Under the pieces are notes generated by a model. The model made no database searches. It saw nothing but the letters and a program-made list of their open reading frames with translations, and had not been told where the DNA came from. This document shows, one piece after another, positions 39,153 to 57,640 of a DNA stretch of 64,000 nt. Position 1 is the stretch's first letter; each line of letters begins with the position of its first letter. A program made the position numbers and the translations under genes. Where the stretch lies: positions 124,001 to 188,000 of the forward strand of contig OX597830.1 of the NCBI GenBank assembly GCA_951406725.2, read 5' to 3'. Origin of the DNA: Octopus vulgaris (taxonomy: Eukaryota).

Positions 39153-41485
39153 TCGGGTCTGACCCTTAGCTGTATCGTATGTATCAGGGTCAGATTTGCA
39201 CGAAAGAATTTTTTTCTTTTTTACTAAGGCATATTTCCGTCAGAGTGAGTGTCTGTTTGAAGCAGCGGCCGTGGTGGATCCCCGCTTCTCCCTTTCGGAG
39301 GACTTATCTTTTGTTTTAGTATTCCTGGCCCAGGGTGTTTAAACTTGGTCTAAATTTTTTTATGAAATATAGTTCTTTATTTTGGCGTTGTGTGAAGGTT
39401 GCGTTGTCACTGAATTTATAGAGCGGGTTAGTTGTAAATTTCGGATTTACATTTCCAGCACATCTATCTATGTGTCCGCTGACCGGTATTTTGCGGTAAT
39501 CAGGGTTTCTAATTTGTGATTTATGCACCGCCATCCTGTTACGTAAGCTATTTTTTGTATGGCCTATATACTGCCTATTGCAGCCTGCGCATGTTATGAC
39601 GTAAATTAAGTTTTCTGATGCGCAGGTGAAGTTTGTTCTAATGGTGAACTGGTGGCCTTGTTCCAGTATAAATTCTGATCCTTCTTTCAAGATGACACAG
39701 ATTCCGCAGTTGGGCCTTCCACATTTTCTAACTGCTGGTTTTGTGGTTGATGTTGAGTGCAGTGTAGCTTGGGTTAAAATCCTTTTCAAGGATTTTGGTT
39801 GCCGTTTACTTTTAATGATGGTGTGTGTTTCGAGGATCCGGTTCATCTTTGGGTCTCCCTTTAGTAGGGCTGTGCTTTGTAGTATGGTGTTGAAGGCCTC
39901 ATTGTTGAGTGGGTTGTGTGTAGAGATGTAGGGAAGGGTTTTTAATTGTTCTTTCTTTTTTGGTTTTGTTTGTCTCAGGTCTTCTATACTGAATTTAAGT
40001 ACCCGTGCACTGTCTATTAGGGGCTGTGGATAGTTTCTATTTGTGAGTGTGGTTCTAAGTTCCTGGAGACGTGTGTGTCGGGTGTTTGTGTCTGATATTA
40101 TGGTGCAAATCCTTCTAGCTAAACAAAAAGGGACATTCATTCTAGTGTGTCGTGGGTGGCATGAATCAAAGGGTAGGTACTGTTTAGAGTCTGTCGGTTT
40201 ATAGTAGATATCTGTCTCTATTTTGTTGCCGGTTTTCTTAATGAGGATGTCTAAAAATGGTAATTCTTTTTCGTTGTGGTCCATCGTGAATTGTATATTG
40301 TCATTTATTCCATTTAATAGAATTTTAAATTCCTCAAGTTTCTCTATGCCTTTGTCCCAGATGATGAAACAGTCATCGAGGTATCTTTTCCAGTTGTTAT
40401 GGATATAGGTGGCGAAGGTGTTTCCATATTTCTCGAGTGTCATCCGGTATAGTATTTTCTCGAGGTATCCCATCACTAGGTTGGCAAAAGATGGTGCAGT
40501 ACGCGTGCCCATCGCTGTTCCCGATCTTTGCCTGTAGAAATCATTGTCAAAAATAAAATAAAATAATTGTTCTCTAAAATGAATCTAAGTCCTTCTATTA
40601 TAAGGTCTTTGTTTATGCGAGTTGGGAGTTCAAAGGGGTAGTTATTCAGCCAGAAGGTGATCGCTTCTATTCCTAGGTTGTGAGGGATGTTAGAATAAAG
40701 ATTAACTACGTCGAATGATACTAGAAGGGTTTTCTCATTGACTGTTTTAGGGAGGTGGTTGAGCATATCTATATCGTCTCTTACGTAGCTTTTGATGTGT
40801 TTTAGGAAAGGTTTAAGAAGTGTGTCTAAGAAATTGCTGAGGCGGTGAGTTTCACATGCTGGCCCTGCTATTATCGGTCTTAGTTTAAGATCATTTGGTG
40901 AAGGGATTTTGATGAGTGTGTCGGTGGATGTTTTGCACGTTTCTCTAATGGTTTGGCTTTTGTGTACCTTAGGGATACCATAGAACAAACTCGATTTGCA
41001 TTTGAAGTTAGTGATGTATTCATACTCCCTGTTCGTGAGTCCTTCTTGGTATGTGTTGATTAATGTCCTAAGGTTATGCATTATTTTTTGCTGGTTATAC
41101 TGTTGGGCCCTTTCATAATACGTTTCATCTCTTAATAGGGATAGCACTAAATTTTTATAATTGTTTGTATTCATTATTACTATCGCGTTGCCCTTATCTG
41201 CCTCCTTAATTGTTATTGTTTTGTCTTCTCTTAGTTTGATGAGGTCGTTCCATTCTCTTTTGTTGAAGTTAGGGCTGTGTTTTTGTTTCTTGATGAATTG
41301 AAACGGGAAATTAGTTATGTAGTCACAATAGCGGTCTAAGGCTTTATTCTTACCTTTGGTGGGGGTGTAATTGCTCTTGTTTCTAGCTATTGAGTCCTCC
41401 TCTATTTGTTTGTCTTGAAATGCCTCGGTGAGTCTTAGTTTTCTGCAAAATTCCGAAATATCATCTTTCATTTCATAATAATTAG

Positions 41486-41948
<463 letters not shown>

Positions 41949-41949
41949 T

Positions 41950-44900
41950 TATTCTATGACTTTTGCTTTACATTTGTACAAGTTGGCTCCAAGTCTCACC
42001 CAGAGACAACAGGTTGGAAGTTTATGTTGTTGTTATGCCTAGTGTACCATATATTTGATTTTGTATGTAGTGTTGTACTAGTGAATGTCTAAAAAACCAT
42101 GCGAAACTTATGTTTGTTGTAAAACTTGAGACTACATAGAAAGTATTTTGCTTAGGATATGAGCAGTTCCCATGAGCACTATCTTTTGAATTTCTGCCAT
42201 TTTTGGGTTTACTGGTATCTGAGTTAGGTAGCAATCAGCCCCTTTTGCTATCATTCCCAGGTATTGTTTTAGTCTTCAGCTTCCACATTTTGCTGATTTC
42301 TATTTCAAGATCTTTATATTTGCTCAGTTTTTGGTAGGTCTTGACAGATACGTTTATATCGATTGGGACAGTCATATCAATGAGGAGGCATGTTCTTTGT
42401 CTGAAGTCTTTTACTATGATGTCTGGCCTATTTGCATCTATCTTTCTGTCAGTTTGAATGGTGAAGTTCCAGAGGAGTGAGATGTGGTCATTTTCAAGCA
42501 CTGGAGGTGGGTTGTGTTCCCACCAGTTTTTTTCATGGGGCAAATCCAGGTTTTTGCAAATTACCCAGTGAATATATTGTGCAGCTCTATCATGCCTGTT
42601 GAGATACTCTGTAGGTGCTAGAAGACTGCACTTGGAGACAACATAATCAATGGTTTCATTTTGTTGTTGACATACACGACATGTTGGGCTACTTGCCGTT
42701 CTTTAATATGTTGGCCTGGTAGTTTCTTGTTGGTAGGCATTGATCTTGAGCTGCTATGATAAACCCTTCTGTTTCAGATTTTAAGCCAGGGGCCATTAGC
42801 CATTGATGGGTCAGGGCTTTGTCAACATCTGCATTATTCGCTGAGAGGTTTTTCTTGCCATTTATCATTCAGAATATCTAAGGCAGCAGTTTTAGCACGG
42901 GTTTTCATGCGTTTAGTTTTCTGTGCTTGTTTCTTGTATGTCTAATTCCGAAATTTGTTGTATTCGGAATTCACTTAGATATTCCATTGCCTGTTTTGTT
43001 ACTGAGTATGATGCTTTCTTGTTTTCATGTTTTGAGACAAGTTTTAACATCCAGTACTCAGAGTTTTTCAGGTAGGTGTCTATGCAAATTGTAGCAATCT
43101 TCATTGTTATTGCCAGTTGTAAAAGTCCACGGCCTCCCTCTTTTCTTGGCAGATAAAGTCGTTCTGTATCTGCCTTAGGGTGGTGAATTCTATGCATTGT
43201 CAACAGTTTTCTTATTTTTCTGTCAAGATTACATATTTCAGTAATTGTCCAGTTAACGATATTGAAACTGTAAGTCACAACTGGTATGGCTAAAGCATTG
43301 ATCGCTTCGATCCTGTTTCTCGCATTCAGCTCTGTCTTGAGTATTGCTCTTACTCTGCGATAACATTCTCTCTTGATCCTTTCCTTCATCACTGAATGCC
43401 TTATTCCGTCCCCTTCAATTATCCCTAGGTACTTGTAGCTCTCCGCTGAGTCTAACTCTTTTATGACGTGCTGCTGGTCAAGGTTAACGTTAGATGTTTC
43501 TGTCATTTTTCCTTTGATAAAGGTAGCTTTTGCACATTTATCGAGGCCAAATTTCATTCTGATGTCATCACTGAATTGTTTAACAATTGCTAGTAAGCCC
43601 TTGAGTTGTTGGTCATTTTTTGCAACGAGCTTTAAATCATCCATGTAAATGAGATGATTTATATTTTTATCAAACATTTTATACCCGTACTGCGCGTCAT
43701 TGAGCAGTTTTGAGAGAGGTATCAAGGCTAAACAAAAGGGGAGTGGTGATAGTGAGTCACCCTGGAAAATGCCACATGAAATTTTTACATCTCTAGCATT
43801 TAGGGATTCATTGTCACTGTTCAAAGTTGATGTGGTTCTCCATGATCTCATACTTACACACAAAAAGTTTCACAGAGCAGGTGCTATTTTATACATTTCT
43901 AGGCATTTCTTAATCCAGCTATGTGGTAGGCTATCAAAAGCCTTTTTATAGTCTATCCAGGCTATTGATAAGTTTTTGTGTCGTTTGTGACAATCTTCTA
44001 AGATCATCTTATTGATGAGTAGTTGATCTTTACAACCGTAGGATCCACGTTTACATCCTTTCTGTTCATTAGGGAATATGCTGCTGTCTGTCAAAAAACT
44101 ATAGGTATATTCCGTCAGGACAGATGTTAGTGTTTTATACATAGTTGTTAAGCAGGTTATGGGTCTATAGTTTTTTGGTTCATTTGTTTCTTCACTTTTT
44201 GGAAGCAGGAATGTTAACCCATTAACTAGCCAAGGAGGCATCCTACTAGGGTGTTGTAAAACATCATTGTAAAGTTCTGTTAGCAGTTCATGGCTCTCTG
44301 GGAAGGCATTCAACCAAAAGTTAGGGATTTTATCCTTTCCTGGAGACTTCCATTTGCTTGACCTCCTGAGAGCAGATCTTATATCTTCTACCTTGACACC
44401 CTCCCACTTTTGCTCTTCTAAGGAGTCCAGTTCTTTAGATATTCTATCAATCCAGGGGCCTTTTCACTGTGTGTTTTTTCTTCTGCCCAAACTTTATTCC
44501 AAAATCCCTGCACTTCTTCTTTTGATGGTACAGACTTTACAGTAACTGTTGTTTTTCCTATCTTCCTGTAAAAATTTTTTGGGCTATTTTTGTACATGTT
44601 GTTGTCCCTGAAGAATCTAACACGCTTTTCATACCTCGCTATGCGGGCAGCTTTAGCAGATACCTTTGGCTTGATGGTTTCTATGGTGGCATCAATATCA
44701 AGTATAGTTTTCATATTATATTTTTTCATTAGTTTTTGGATTTTTGTAGGTTTGGTAGTCTTACGAACTTTAAGGTTTTTCAAATATTCAATATCAGATC
44801 TAAATTGTTTAATTTGTTGTTGCAAACGCTCTTGCCAAGAAGGCTTTTTGTGGAAATGTTGCCGTTTTCTAATCTTTTCACCACATAGGATCGTTGAGAT

Positions 44901-45990
44901 TTTCGCGGATGCATAGTACAGGTGGTTGAGACCTGTGATATCAACAGCATTAGCTGAAATTATATCCTTTAGTGCAAGGCGGATTTTACCAATTATTTTC
45001 ATGTTTTGGTTAGAGTAGCGGATTTTAGGGAGTGTTCATCCATACTGGTTTCTTTAATTTTCAGCCATTCAATCATGATTTGATTTTTTAGCTCATGTAG
45101 TTCTGTTGGGTCAGAATTTGTGTGACTTTCTTCTTCTATTTGATGTTCATCTGTCTTAGTGTTTATGATTGGTTCAGGGAGTATTTCACTTTGCCAATCA
45201 CTTATACTAACTCTTTCAATCCTTACTGCGTTTTCATCAGCCCTGGGCTGGTCTATAATTATTTCCTCTGTATTATCTTTAACTGCAGCTTCGTTCATTT
45301 TATCCGTTACTGCTTGTCTAATTTGGTCAATCTCTACTTCAGTCAGTAATTTTTTTTATTATGTTTCTTCTGACGTTGGCAAGTTTGTTACTGTCTATGT
45401 AGGGTCTTACTTCAGGGTGTTTCTGTCTCCAGTTTAAGTATGTTTGTACAGTTTGTACAGATAAATCTTTATCTGTGGGGAAATATATGGCATGGTAGAA
45501 GGCCGCAAGAACTTCTTTATTATCTTCCCTAGACCATTTTTCCTTCTTTTTCTTTTGGTTATTTGATGACGGGCATGGATGGCCATTTGTTGAAATATTC
45601 CGGCTGTGGGATACGTCCAGTTCCTGTGTGTCGGGAAGATTTGAACCAGTAGCTGATTTTCAATCAGAATTTGGTTCAATATTCGGGTACGTGGTCTTTT
45701 GTACGCTCGATGACCATTGCGGTTTGTAATTTGTTTTGTTAACAGTGAGGCATGACGAGCTTCGACTCCTACATTAGGAGACGGATCTGTCAGTTTAGGG
45801 TTCTCTGCATGTAAACACTGTTCATAGCGTAGCTTCTTAAGGCTAGCAGATCTCTATTCGTCTATTTTTTTTTGTTGATAGATTTATCTCCGAACATAGC
45901 TTTTTTTTGTGGTGTTTTTTAAACTTATGAAAAGTTCACTCTGCATGTGTCAGTTCGAAAAATGAAAATAAAATAAGAGAGAAAAAAGGG
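41950..45990 (-). mobile_element. Near full-length decayed R4/Dong-clade LINE (RT, CCHC, PD-(D/E)XK RLE)
   Basis: ORF pieces 44999-45298, 44418-45002, 43870-44313, 42913-43863 and 42235-42543 (NRPDII..LIDMTVP..K..KYKDL). A (TAA)n tract lies at the 5' side. Confidence 0.92.
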
Positions 45991-46000
45991 GGATCTGTCA

Positions 46001-46063
<63 letters not shown>

Positions 46064-46749
46064 GTTATTATTATTATTATTATTATTATCACTACCATTA
46101 TTATTATCACCACCATTATCATCATCATCTTCAATGATATTATTGTTTAATGTGTAGTCGCAGCAGTTGTTGCAGCAACAGCAACAGTAACGTAGGAGGG
46201 GTAGTGGTAAGGGTGGTAGTTGGGCCTCAGATTCCTGTGCTATCATAATAGTAGTACTACTGCTGAATCTGTTTATAGACAATAGTATTATTGTAGTAGT
46301 AGTAGTAGTATTAAGTATTAGCAGCAGCAGCATATTATTATTATTATTATTTTTATCATTATCACCACTACTACCATTGTTTGAGGGAATAGTTGGTTAG
46401 CAATTTGGTTAAGAGGTCATGTTCTATAGGTCTATAAACAGATTCAGCAGATGGTGGCGAGGTCAGCCATAGAGACAAAGGACAAAGGACCCTTTGGGTC
46501 AGGAGAGGTCAAAACTTGTTTACTACTACCAGTGGATACTGGGAGCGCTGCCTTGAAAAGCAATTCAACTTGTTATATTTGTAATTAATGGTAGGAGAAA
46601 TTTATATATATATACCCCTCCACATATATATGTATATGTATGCACACACACACACATATTATCTGATATTCACGTCGATGATTTTTAAATTTCTGAATTC
46701 AATTGTGTTGTTACAATAAAAGTTGTGTTTACGTATTTGGGTAATATAT

Positions 46750-47824
46750 TGTTACGAGGGGACCTCCGTCGAACGAACGAAAGCTGTTACGGAATCCCTC
46801 ACACAGGCCCGTTCGATGCAGCGAATGTTCGCCACGGAAACTCGGAGAGGAGAGAGAGATACAACAACAACAGCAGCACAGAGGCAATCGAGAGAGACAC
46901 AAAGAGGCAAGGCAATTGGCTCACATTTAACAACTAGTTTATATGACTATTACAACATCAAATACATTTCAGATACATTTAAAAGAGGACATGCAAGTAA
47001 CAACTCAATACATCATACAGGTATACCACAGATCAAAGCATTTAAACATGTACAATATAACAGTCCGGTAACAACACATCAAGTTCAATAACAACAGCAA
47101 TTCAAGGGTACACGTCCGGAGACAACAGTTCTGTTTCAAAACACATTAAAGGCATATACAATGTTCAATATTCATTACACAGTTCTCTCTTCAACAACTC
47201 TGTACACAATGTCTTTACACAGTTCACATTGTTCTTTTCACTGTCTCATTTCTTTTTTCTCTTTTTTTCGTAACACGTATCAATACAATTCTTTTTACAT
47301 AAATACCACAACTCTTTCCTTCTTTTTCTTCACATATCAATGCACAATTCACGTACCTTAGTTCCTACTAGAATAGCCAGTATCCCATATTGCACCTAAT
47401 CTCTCTCAGTACTGCTAACTCCAACTTGCCAAACTCTTGCCCCGAGTTCCAAATCCTCGCTCCTAAATCCAACTGCTCGCTTTGACGACCAAATACCGAC
47501 TGCCAAAACCTCTTGCTCTCTCACCACCCCCAATCTCCCTTAGCACTGCTAATATTCTCTCTATCGCCGCTTGGTCCTATCTGCCTGTCTTCATCGACGC
47601 TGTCACTGTCATTCTCTCACGACAGGCTCCTCAGATTCCTTACTCTGTCTTCCTCGGCCCTCACATTTCTCTGACCCTTTCTTGACCGGCAAAGGGTAGG
47701 GGTCCCTCCAAAAGCCATCAGTCTTCCGTAAACAAAGGACTATAATTTTGTACTGTAGACTTTCAGACTCCACTCCCAACAAAGTAGGTCAAGAAGTACT
47801 GCACCAGCCGAACCATTCACAACA
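46750..47824. mobile_element. Solo LTR (Gypsy-like), 1075 bp
   Basis: TGTT...AACA termini flanked by a 4-bp direct repeat ATAT (46746-49, 47825-28). No coding capacity. Confidence 0.75.
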
Positions 47825-48662
47825 ATATTAAAGTTTTTAAGTATTCTTGAGATGTTCGTTTGTCTGTCCATTTGGAGAATTCAATAAGACTTTAGCAATG
47901 GGAAGGATGTTTACATTTTCGAATGCCCAGGGAGAGTCAAAAAGAAAAGAAAACAAGTTGTGGCTTGTAAAGTTCTAAGATTTACTAAATATGGTCTTTT
48001 GTATGACTGCACAGAGAGAAATGGTAGTGTTCTTAGAATAAAAAGGAGGATGATATTTACATTTTCGAATACTCAGGGAGAGAGGAAAGGATAAGTTGTC
48101 GCACATTAGTTGTAGACATTAAAGATTTCTTTTTTTTTTGTATTTTAAGCTGACCGTTTGTGTGTTCTATAGTTGTAGTTATGTAAGTTTCCTAACTTAT
48201 TTTATTTTGAGGGAGATTTAAAATATTTACAGGAAATTGTAGCTATTCCAGTCTTTGGGAACAGTAGAAGGAAAAGCGGGTTTTTGAATTCCTGAATTTC
48301 TTTTTCTTTTGGAATTTTTCTTTATTTTTAAAAGTTTTGCTGTGGTTTACAGTTTTTGTAGTTGTGCAGTATGTATATATTAGCAGGTGCTTACTTCCAT
48401 AATTTTATATCGTGCATTTAAATGTTCACACAAAATTGGAGATATTTATGTTTCTAATTTTTTTTGTTAGCTGTAGATATGTAAGTTCCTTAACTAAATT
48501 TTGAGGGAAATTCAAATTACTCAAAGAAAACAGATCTTCCAGTTTTTTACAGTTGTTTTTTCAGTTGTCCTGCTGGGTTGTATTAGTGTTTCTGTCTTCA
48601 GCTGCTGACAGGTCAGGGCAGCGAAGAACACGTCCAGTCTCTGTCACGTCCAGCCGTCTTCT

Positions 48663-48698
48663 CTTCTTCTTCTTCTTCTTCTTCTTCTTCTTCTTCTT

Positions 48699-48729
<31 letters not shown>

Positions 48730-48744
48730 TTATTATTATTATTA

Positions 48745-48810
<66 letters not shown>
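48663..48810. repeat. (CTT)n(ATT)n compound microsatellite
   Basis: Direct reading. Confidence 0.95.
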
Positions 48811-48811
<1 letters not shown>

Positions 48812-49215
48812 CAACTTCAATGATAACAAAAGTATCGTTCATGTGATATCTCGAGGCGTAGCATTTCAATATTTGAAACCGACTCTATATGTATTTCAAA
48901 TACACAATGTCATTTTCCAATTTATTTTCCATAGCTTTTTTCATATTTTCCGCTATTGCTAATATTTGAAGAGATGTTTATATTTATTGTAGCTGTTGTT
49001 ATTGTTGTTGTGACTACTATATTCTTTATTTGCAACATTTCACAATATTATTCAACTCTTACTTTATTTATCAAACTGCTGGAGTCATTTCTGTTATTGT
49101 TGTCCATATTCAGTTTTTCTATTGTCGATCCACATATAACAGGATATAAATATATGAATGTACATAGATGTTTATATATGAGTGTGCGTGTGAGCGCGCG
49201 CGTGAGTGTATGTGT

Positions 49216-50198
<983 letters not shown>

Positions 50199-50208
50199 TA
50201 TATATACA

Positions 50209-51940
50209 TCTCCTCAGCAGGATTAATGACTGTAACAACACTTGTGACCTGACAGGATGTATGGTGGGTAGCATGGATGTGGTATCCCGATACCCATCGA
50301 TCGACGTAGATTTTGCGGTGGAGAAGTGCGTGGAGATGATCAACGAGAGCCAGGTGGAGTTCCGTAATGTCAACACAGAAGAACTGGGCCTCCTACTTAG
50401 ACTGACATGTAATAATGAATACTTAGATAAACATAATCTTAGTAGTTTCTGCCCCAGTAGATGTTTAAGAGGTAGACCGCCCACAATTACTTCTATGGCT
50501 AGGAAGACACATATAGAAAGATGGCGCGGATGGAACAGAGCCATACGGAGCCCCGCAAATGTCCATCAGATAAAGAAAATGATCGCACATGCACTAGGAG
50601 CTAGTATAAGAGTTACCCTAAAAGGCCACACGTTTATGTTTAATAATAAAATATATGCCCAGGACGAGGAGGCAGCCATCGGCGTTAGTATCGCTGGTGA
50701 TGTGGCCAACCTTTTCATGGTATGGTGGGATAGAAGGCTTAAAGAGCGCCTAACACAGAACTCCATACTCGTAAACATGTACTCTCGCTATGTTGATGAT
50801 ATCAACATAGTGGTAAAGGCACCCCCCACAAGAGAGTAATGTTGATATAGTAATAGGAACTAATACTATGGAGAGCATCCAGCAAATAGCTAACTCCATC
50901 AGACCAGATTATTAAGGTCACAATAGACTACCCCACTAAACACCCCAGCCATAGACTACCAGTACTAGATACTGAACTCTGGCTAGAAATTGTGAATAAT
51001 AAAACCCAAATCCTTCATTTATTCTATGCCAAACCTATGGCCTCAAAATACTTGATCCACCGGAACTCAGCCATTGCGGACAATGCCAAATTCAATATTT
51101 TGATGGCAGACCTCGTCAGAATAATGAGAAATGTGTCACGCATGTGCGAGACCACAGAGTTAAAGAGACACATACAATATTTCATTCACCGCATGCAGTT
51201 CTCAGGTTACAGCCATAAAGAAAGGATTAGAGTATACAAAGGAGCCATGAAGAAATTTGATAATATATTATGTAATAATAGGAATGTGATTTGCCCACTC
51301 TATAGAAACAAGTCATGGAACACTATAGAAAGGACAAAAAAAGAAAATAGAGAAGGCCAACTCTTGGTATGATAGCCACAAATACCAGAGTGTCATTTTC
51401 GTTGACACCAACCCTGGAGGTGAACTGGCGTACCGATTTAGAAGGACCCTAGACAAACTTAAGCTAAGAATTAAGGTTGTTGAAAAGCCAGGCAACCCTA
51501 TCAAATCTATAATTGGTAGAACCTATCCTTTTAGTAGAACCCCCTGTACGGATAAGCACTGTACTGTATATAGATTTAGCGCACAAACAAACTGTAAAGC
51601 CAGAAATGTAGTCTATAGTATAATATGTATAGAGGGACGATGCAGTAACAAGACAACGACATACGTAGGGGAAACGGCACGAAGCATAGGAGAGCGGGTA
51701 AATGACATTGGAGACAACTCAAGGAAGGTAAGAGCTCATCGATTCTGTACCAACACGCCGAACTGGAACACGGGGGATCAATCAATAACATAGAAATTAA
51801 AATATTGTCCACACATAGAACAGATGCAACAATTAGACAAATTACAGAAGCTACACACATAATAGAAAATAAACCTAACCTGAATAGAAAACTAGAATGG
51901 AGCACTAACACACTAACAACATATGACGATAGAGGATTCC
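50209..51940 (+). mobile_element. 5'-truncated second copy of the 11550-16555 PLE family
   Basis: Colinear and highly similar to 13480-15200 ([23 protein letters not shown]). Confidence 0.9.
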
Positions 51941-51945
51941 GAAAA

Positions 51946-54511
<2,566 letters not shown>

Positions 54512-54662
54512 TATATGCATATATATATATAACTAATGTAAGATAAAATAATGTAGGATAAAAATACCTTTAAAGGTCAAATTTATGAATAATTTACAAA
54601 ATAAGGGCAAAAGAAAAATGAAATTTTTCTTTTGCCCTTATTTTGTATATGTATATATATAC

Positions 54663-54746
<84 letters not shown>

Positions 54747-54762
54747 GTATATATATATGTAT

Positions 54763-55150
54763 AGGAGCGGAAAAATTATAAGGCAGAATGCTAAATTGAA
54801 AGTAAATTTAACTAATTATTTATATTAAATAGGAATATCCAAATCCAACAGAATAATACAGTATAAAACAATAAGTAAGATAATACCATAAGGATAATAC
54901 ATATAAAATGGTAATATGCAGTATAAAAATGAGTTATATATATATCTCAAGGCCTCGTCAGAGATTACATAGCATAAATAGAAAGATATAAAAGGAAGAT
55001 ATAATATGCAAATATGAATATTAAACAAGGTACACGTATACAAGAATATGCATGTATACATATATACATATACATATAAGTGTATATACACCTACATATA
55101 CATACACATAAGGTCATAGTTAATCAGATCTATATACTGGAATATACATA
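54763..55150 (-). mobile_element. HHR element family C, copy with the 3' half of the ribozyme deleted
   Basis: Reverse complement of 62650-63075 lacking about 62893-62961. Confidence 0.8.
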
Positions 55151-55155
55151 TATAT

Positions 55156-56703
55156 TGTTGATGGCATCCTTTTTGTCTCGGGAGACAATGGATTTGTGCA
55201 TAAAATAGTCTAGTCCGGCTTTTACATTTCATGTACTGATACATTTCCTGCTGTGGCTGTGTAGTCCTATCCTGGACAAACACTCCCTCTGGCAGGTACC
55301 GCAAATGTAGCGAAGACTGTTCCTGGCTGGTTGTGATGCCATAGTTTCTTGTTGACGTCTTTTCTTGTCTTTCCATTTCTCCTCTCTCTCTCTGTACGGT
55401 TGCTGGCAATTGCTTCCCAACTGCTAATATTGATGTTGCAGGCCTTCATGTCCCTTTTGCAAACATCCTTGTAACGTAAGAACGGTCTACCCACAAACCT
55501 AGTACCCCTAGCAAGCTCTCCGTAGAGTATGCTCTTGGGGTTCTGCCATCTTTCATACGGCTAACATGACCAAGCCATCTCATACGTCTTTGTGTGAGGA
55601 GTGCAAACATGCTTGGTATTCCTGCTTGCTTGAGGACATCTTTGTTGGGGATATGATTCTGCCATTTGATGCGGAGGATTTTCCGGAGGCAGCGCAGGTG
55701 AAAGATGTTTAGGCGACGCTCTTGGCGTGTGTATAGCGTCCAAGTCTCACTTCCATACAGTAGAGTGCTAAGTACACATGCCTGGTAGATCTTCATTTTC
55801 GTGGTTTTGGTCAGCTTATTGTTGTCCCATGCCCGTTTGGAGAGTTGGGCCATCGCAGCAACTGCCTTGCCAATACGTATATTGAGCTCAGCGACAAGGG
55901 ATAGGTTGTAGGTGACGGTAGAGCCAAGATAGGTAAACTTCTCCACCTCCTGTAATCTGTGGTCTCCAATATGTATGTTTGGGATGTCCGATATAGCCTG
56001 ACCCATGATGTTGGTCTTCTTAAGGCTGATAGCTAAGCCAAAGTCGTAACATGCTTGCTCAAAACAGTTAATGAGCCTTTGGAGGGCTTCTTCTGTGTGT
56101 GATACCAGAGCGGCATCATCAGTAAATAGCATCTCCTTGATCAGGACGTCTCTGATTTTGGTCTTGACACGCAGGCGCGAGAGATTGAACAGTTTCCCGT
56201 CACTTTTACTGTGCAGAAACACTCGATCATCTGATGTCTGAAAGGCATGTGAGAGCAAGAGCGAGAAGAAAATGCCAAATAATGTAGGAGCGAGGACACA
56301 ACCTTGCTTTACCCTGTTTTTTATTTGGAAGGCGGCTGATGTTGAACCATTGTGCTGTATGATGCCTTGCATATCATCATGGAAAGACTTGATGATCCTC
56401 AGCAGCTTTGGTGGACATCCGATTTTTTGGAGCTGGATGAAGAGGCCTTTTCTACTTACCGAGTCAAAGATCAATGTTAGATCAATGAAGGCCATATATA
56501 ATGGCATTTTCTGCTCTCTGGACTTCTCCTGAAGTTGGCGTATGGAAGAATATCAATAGTTGATCTGCTTCTTCTAAAGCCACACTGCGATTCAGGATAA
56601 CGCGAGCAAAGGTCTTTCCAACAGTGCTTAGAAGAGATATTCCACGGTAATTGTTACAATCACCACGGTCACCTTTGCTTTTGTAAAGCGTAATGATGTT
56701 AGC
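55156..56703 (-). mobile_element. RTE-clade LINE, 5'-truncated (RT and 3' end)
   Basis: CNNYRGISLLS, VKQGCVLAPTLF, MLFTDDAAL, FTYLGS, LLYGSETW and RWLGHV motifs, plus C-terminal C..C..SRIGLHSH. Confidence 0.92.
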
Positions 56704-57277
56704 ATACATACATACATATATATATATCCACATCAAAGTGTCCATATACATATATGTGCACATATGTGTATGTATGTAAGTATGTGTATTTTAACCAACC
56801 AACCGTAACTAAGACAATGAAATTCAAATGTGCCAACCAATTGAATTGAGCTGGAGATTGTAAATAATCTATCAGCCCGTTAATATCTACCACTCACCCT
56901 TTATATATGTATATATATTAATGGATGCTTTTGCGTATGCATGTCCATGTATTTCGTACCTTGTAGATTTAGACTAAAGTTTCGATTCTCGCTGTATGAT
57001 ATATGAATATAATGACATTGTATATTGTTTTGCATTATTTTATTATATTGAATTAATTAATTTACAGGCATCCCCCATAAGCATCTGTCTATATATTAGG
57101 TTATACTATACATTATATATTGTATATTTGATATGTAATAATATATTATATTTTATTATGTTGTGTTACACTGTATTATATTATGCTGTATTTTATGTGG
57201 TATTTTCCATCTACTATGTATTGTGAATAGCAGAATGCACATATTCCTTTATTGGTATTATTAATAATAATAATAAT

Positions 57278-57317
<40 letters not shown>

Positions 57318-57379
57318 TTAATAGTTTTTAGTAATGTAATACAATGAACTTTGGATTTTGTATATGGACACTTTGGTGT

Positions 57380-57423
<44 letters not shown>

Positions 57424-57597
57424 TAAATATTAGGGAATAAATCCAAATTTACAGGGAAAAAATCAGATTTAGGATTAAATCCAATTTTATAGTAAAATAT
57501 TATATAATATTATTAGAGACAAAACCACTATTTTGCAAAACAAACAAGGAAAGACTTAATCAATACATAAAATTTTAATAAAAAGTAAAAAAAACTG

Positions 57598-57640
57598 CCA
57601 CTACAATTGTTTCTTGTCCTGATCGACAATCTTCAGGTGG
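57598..57640 (-). ncRNA. Canonical minimal type I hammerhead ribozyme
   Basis: Minus strand: ccac-CTGAAGA-ttgtc gatcag gacaa-GAAAC-aatt-GTA-gtgg. All stems are perfect. Confidence 0.92.

Larger units (their letters stand above)
38241..41475 (-). mobile_element. Penelope-like element with largely intact RT and GIY-YIG (frameshift near 40510-40560)
   Basis: ORF 40476-41471 has KEADKGN, FYGIPKVHK, LRPII and SFDVVNLYSNI. ORF 39316-40512 has RYLDD, LPFLD, YYKPTD and LIYVITC..YIGHT..R. Confidence 0.92.

Noticed and set aside
45850-46000. HDV-like ribozyme at the R4/Dong 5' end
   Set aside because: Expected in some RLE elements, but I could not fold a nested double pseudoknot by eye.
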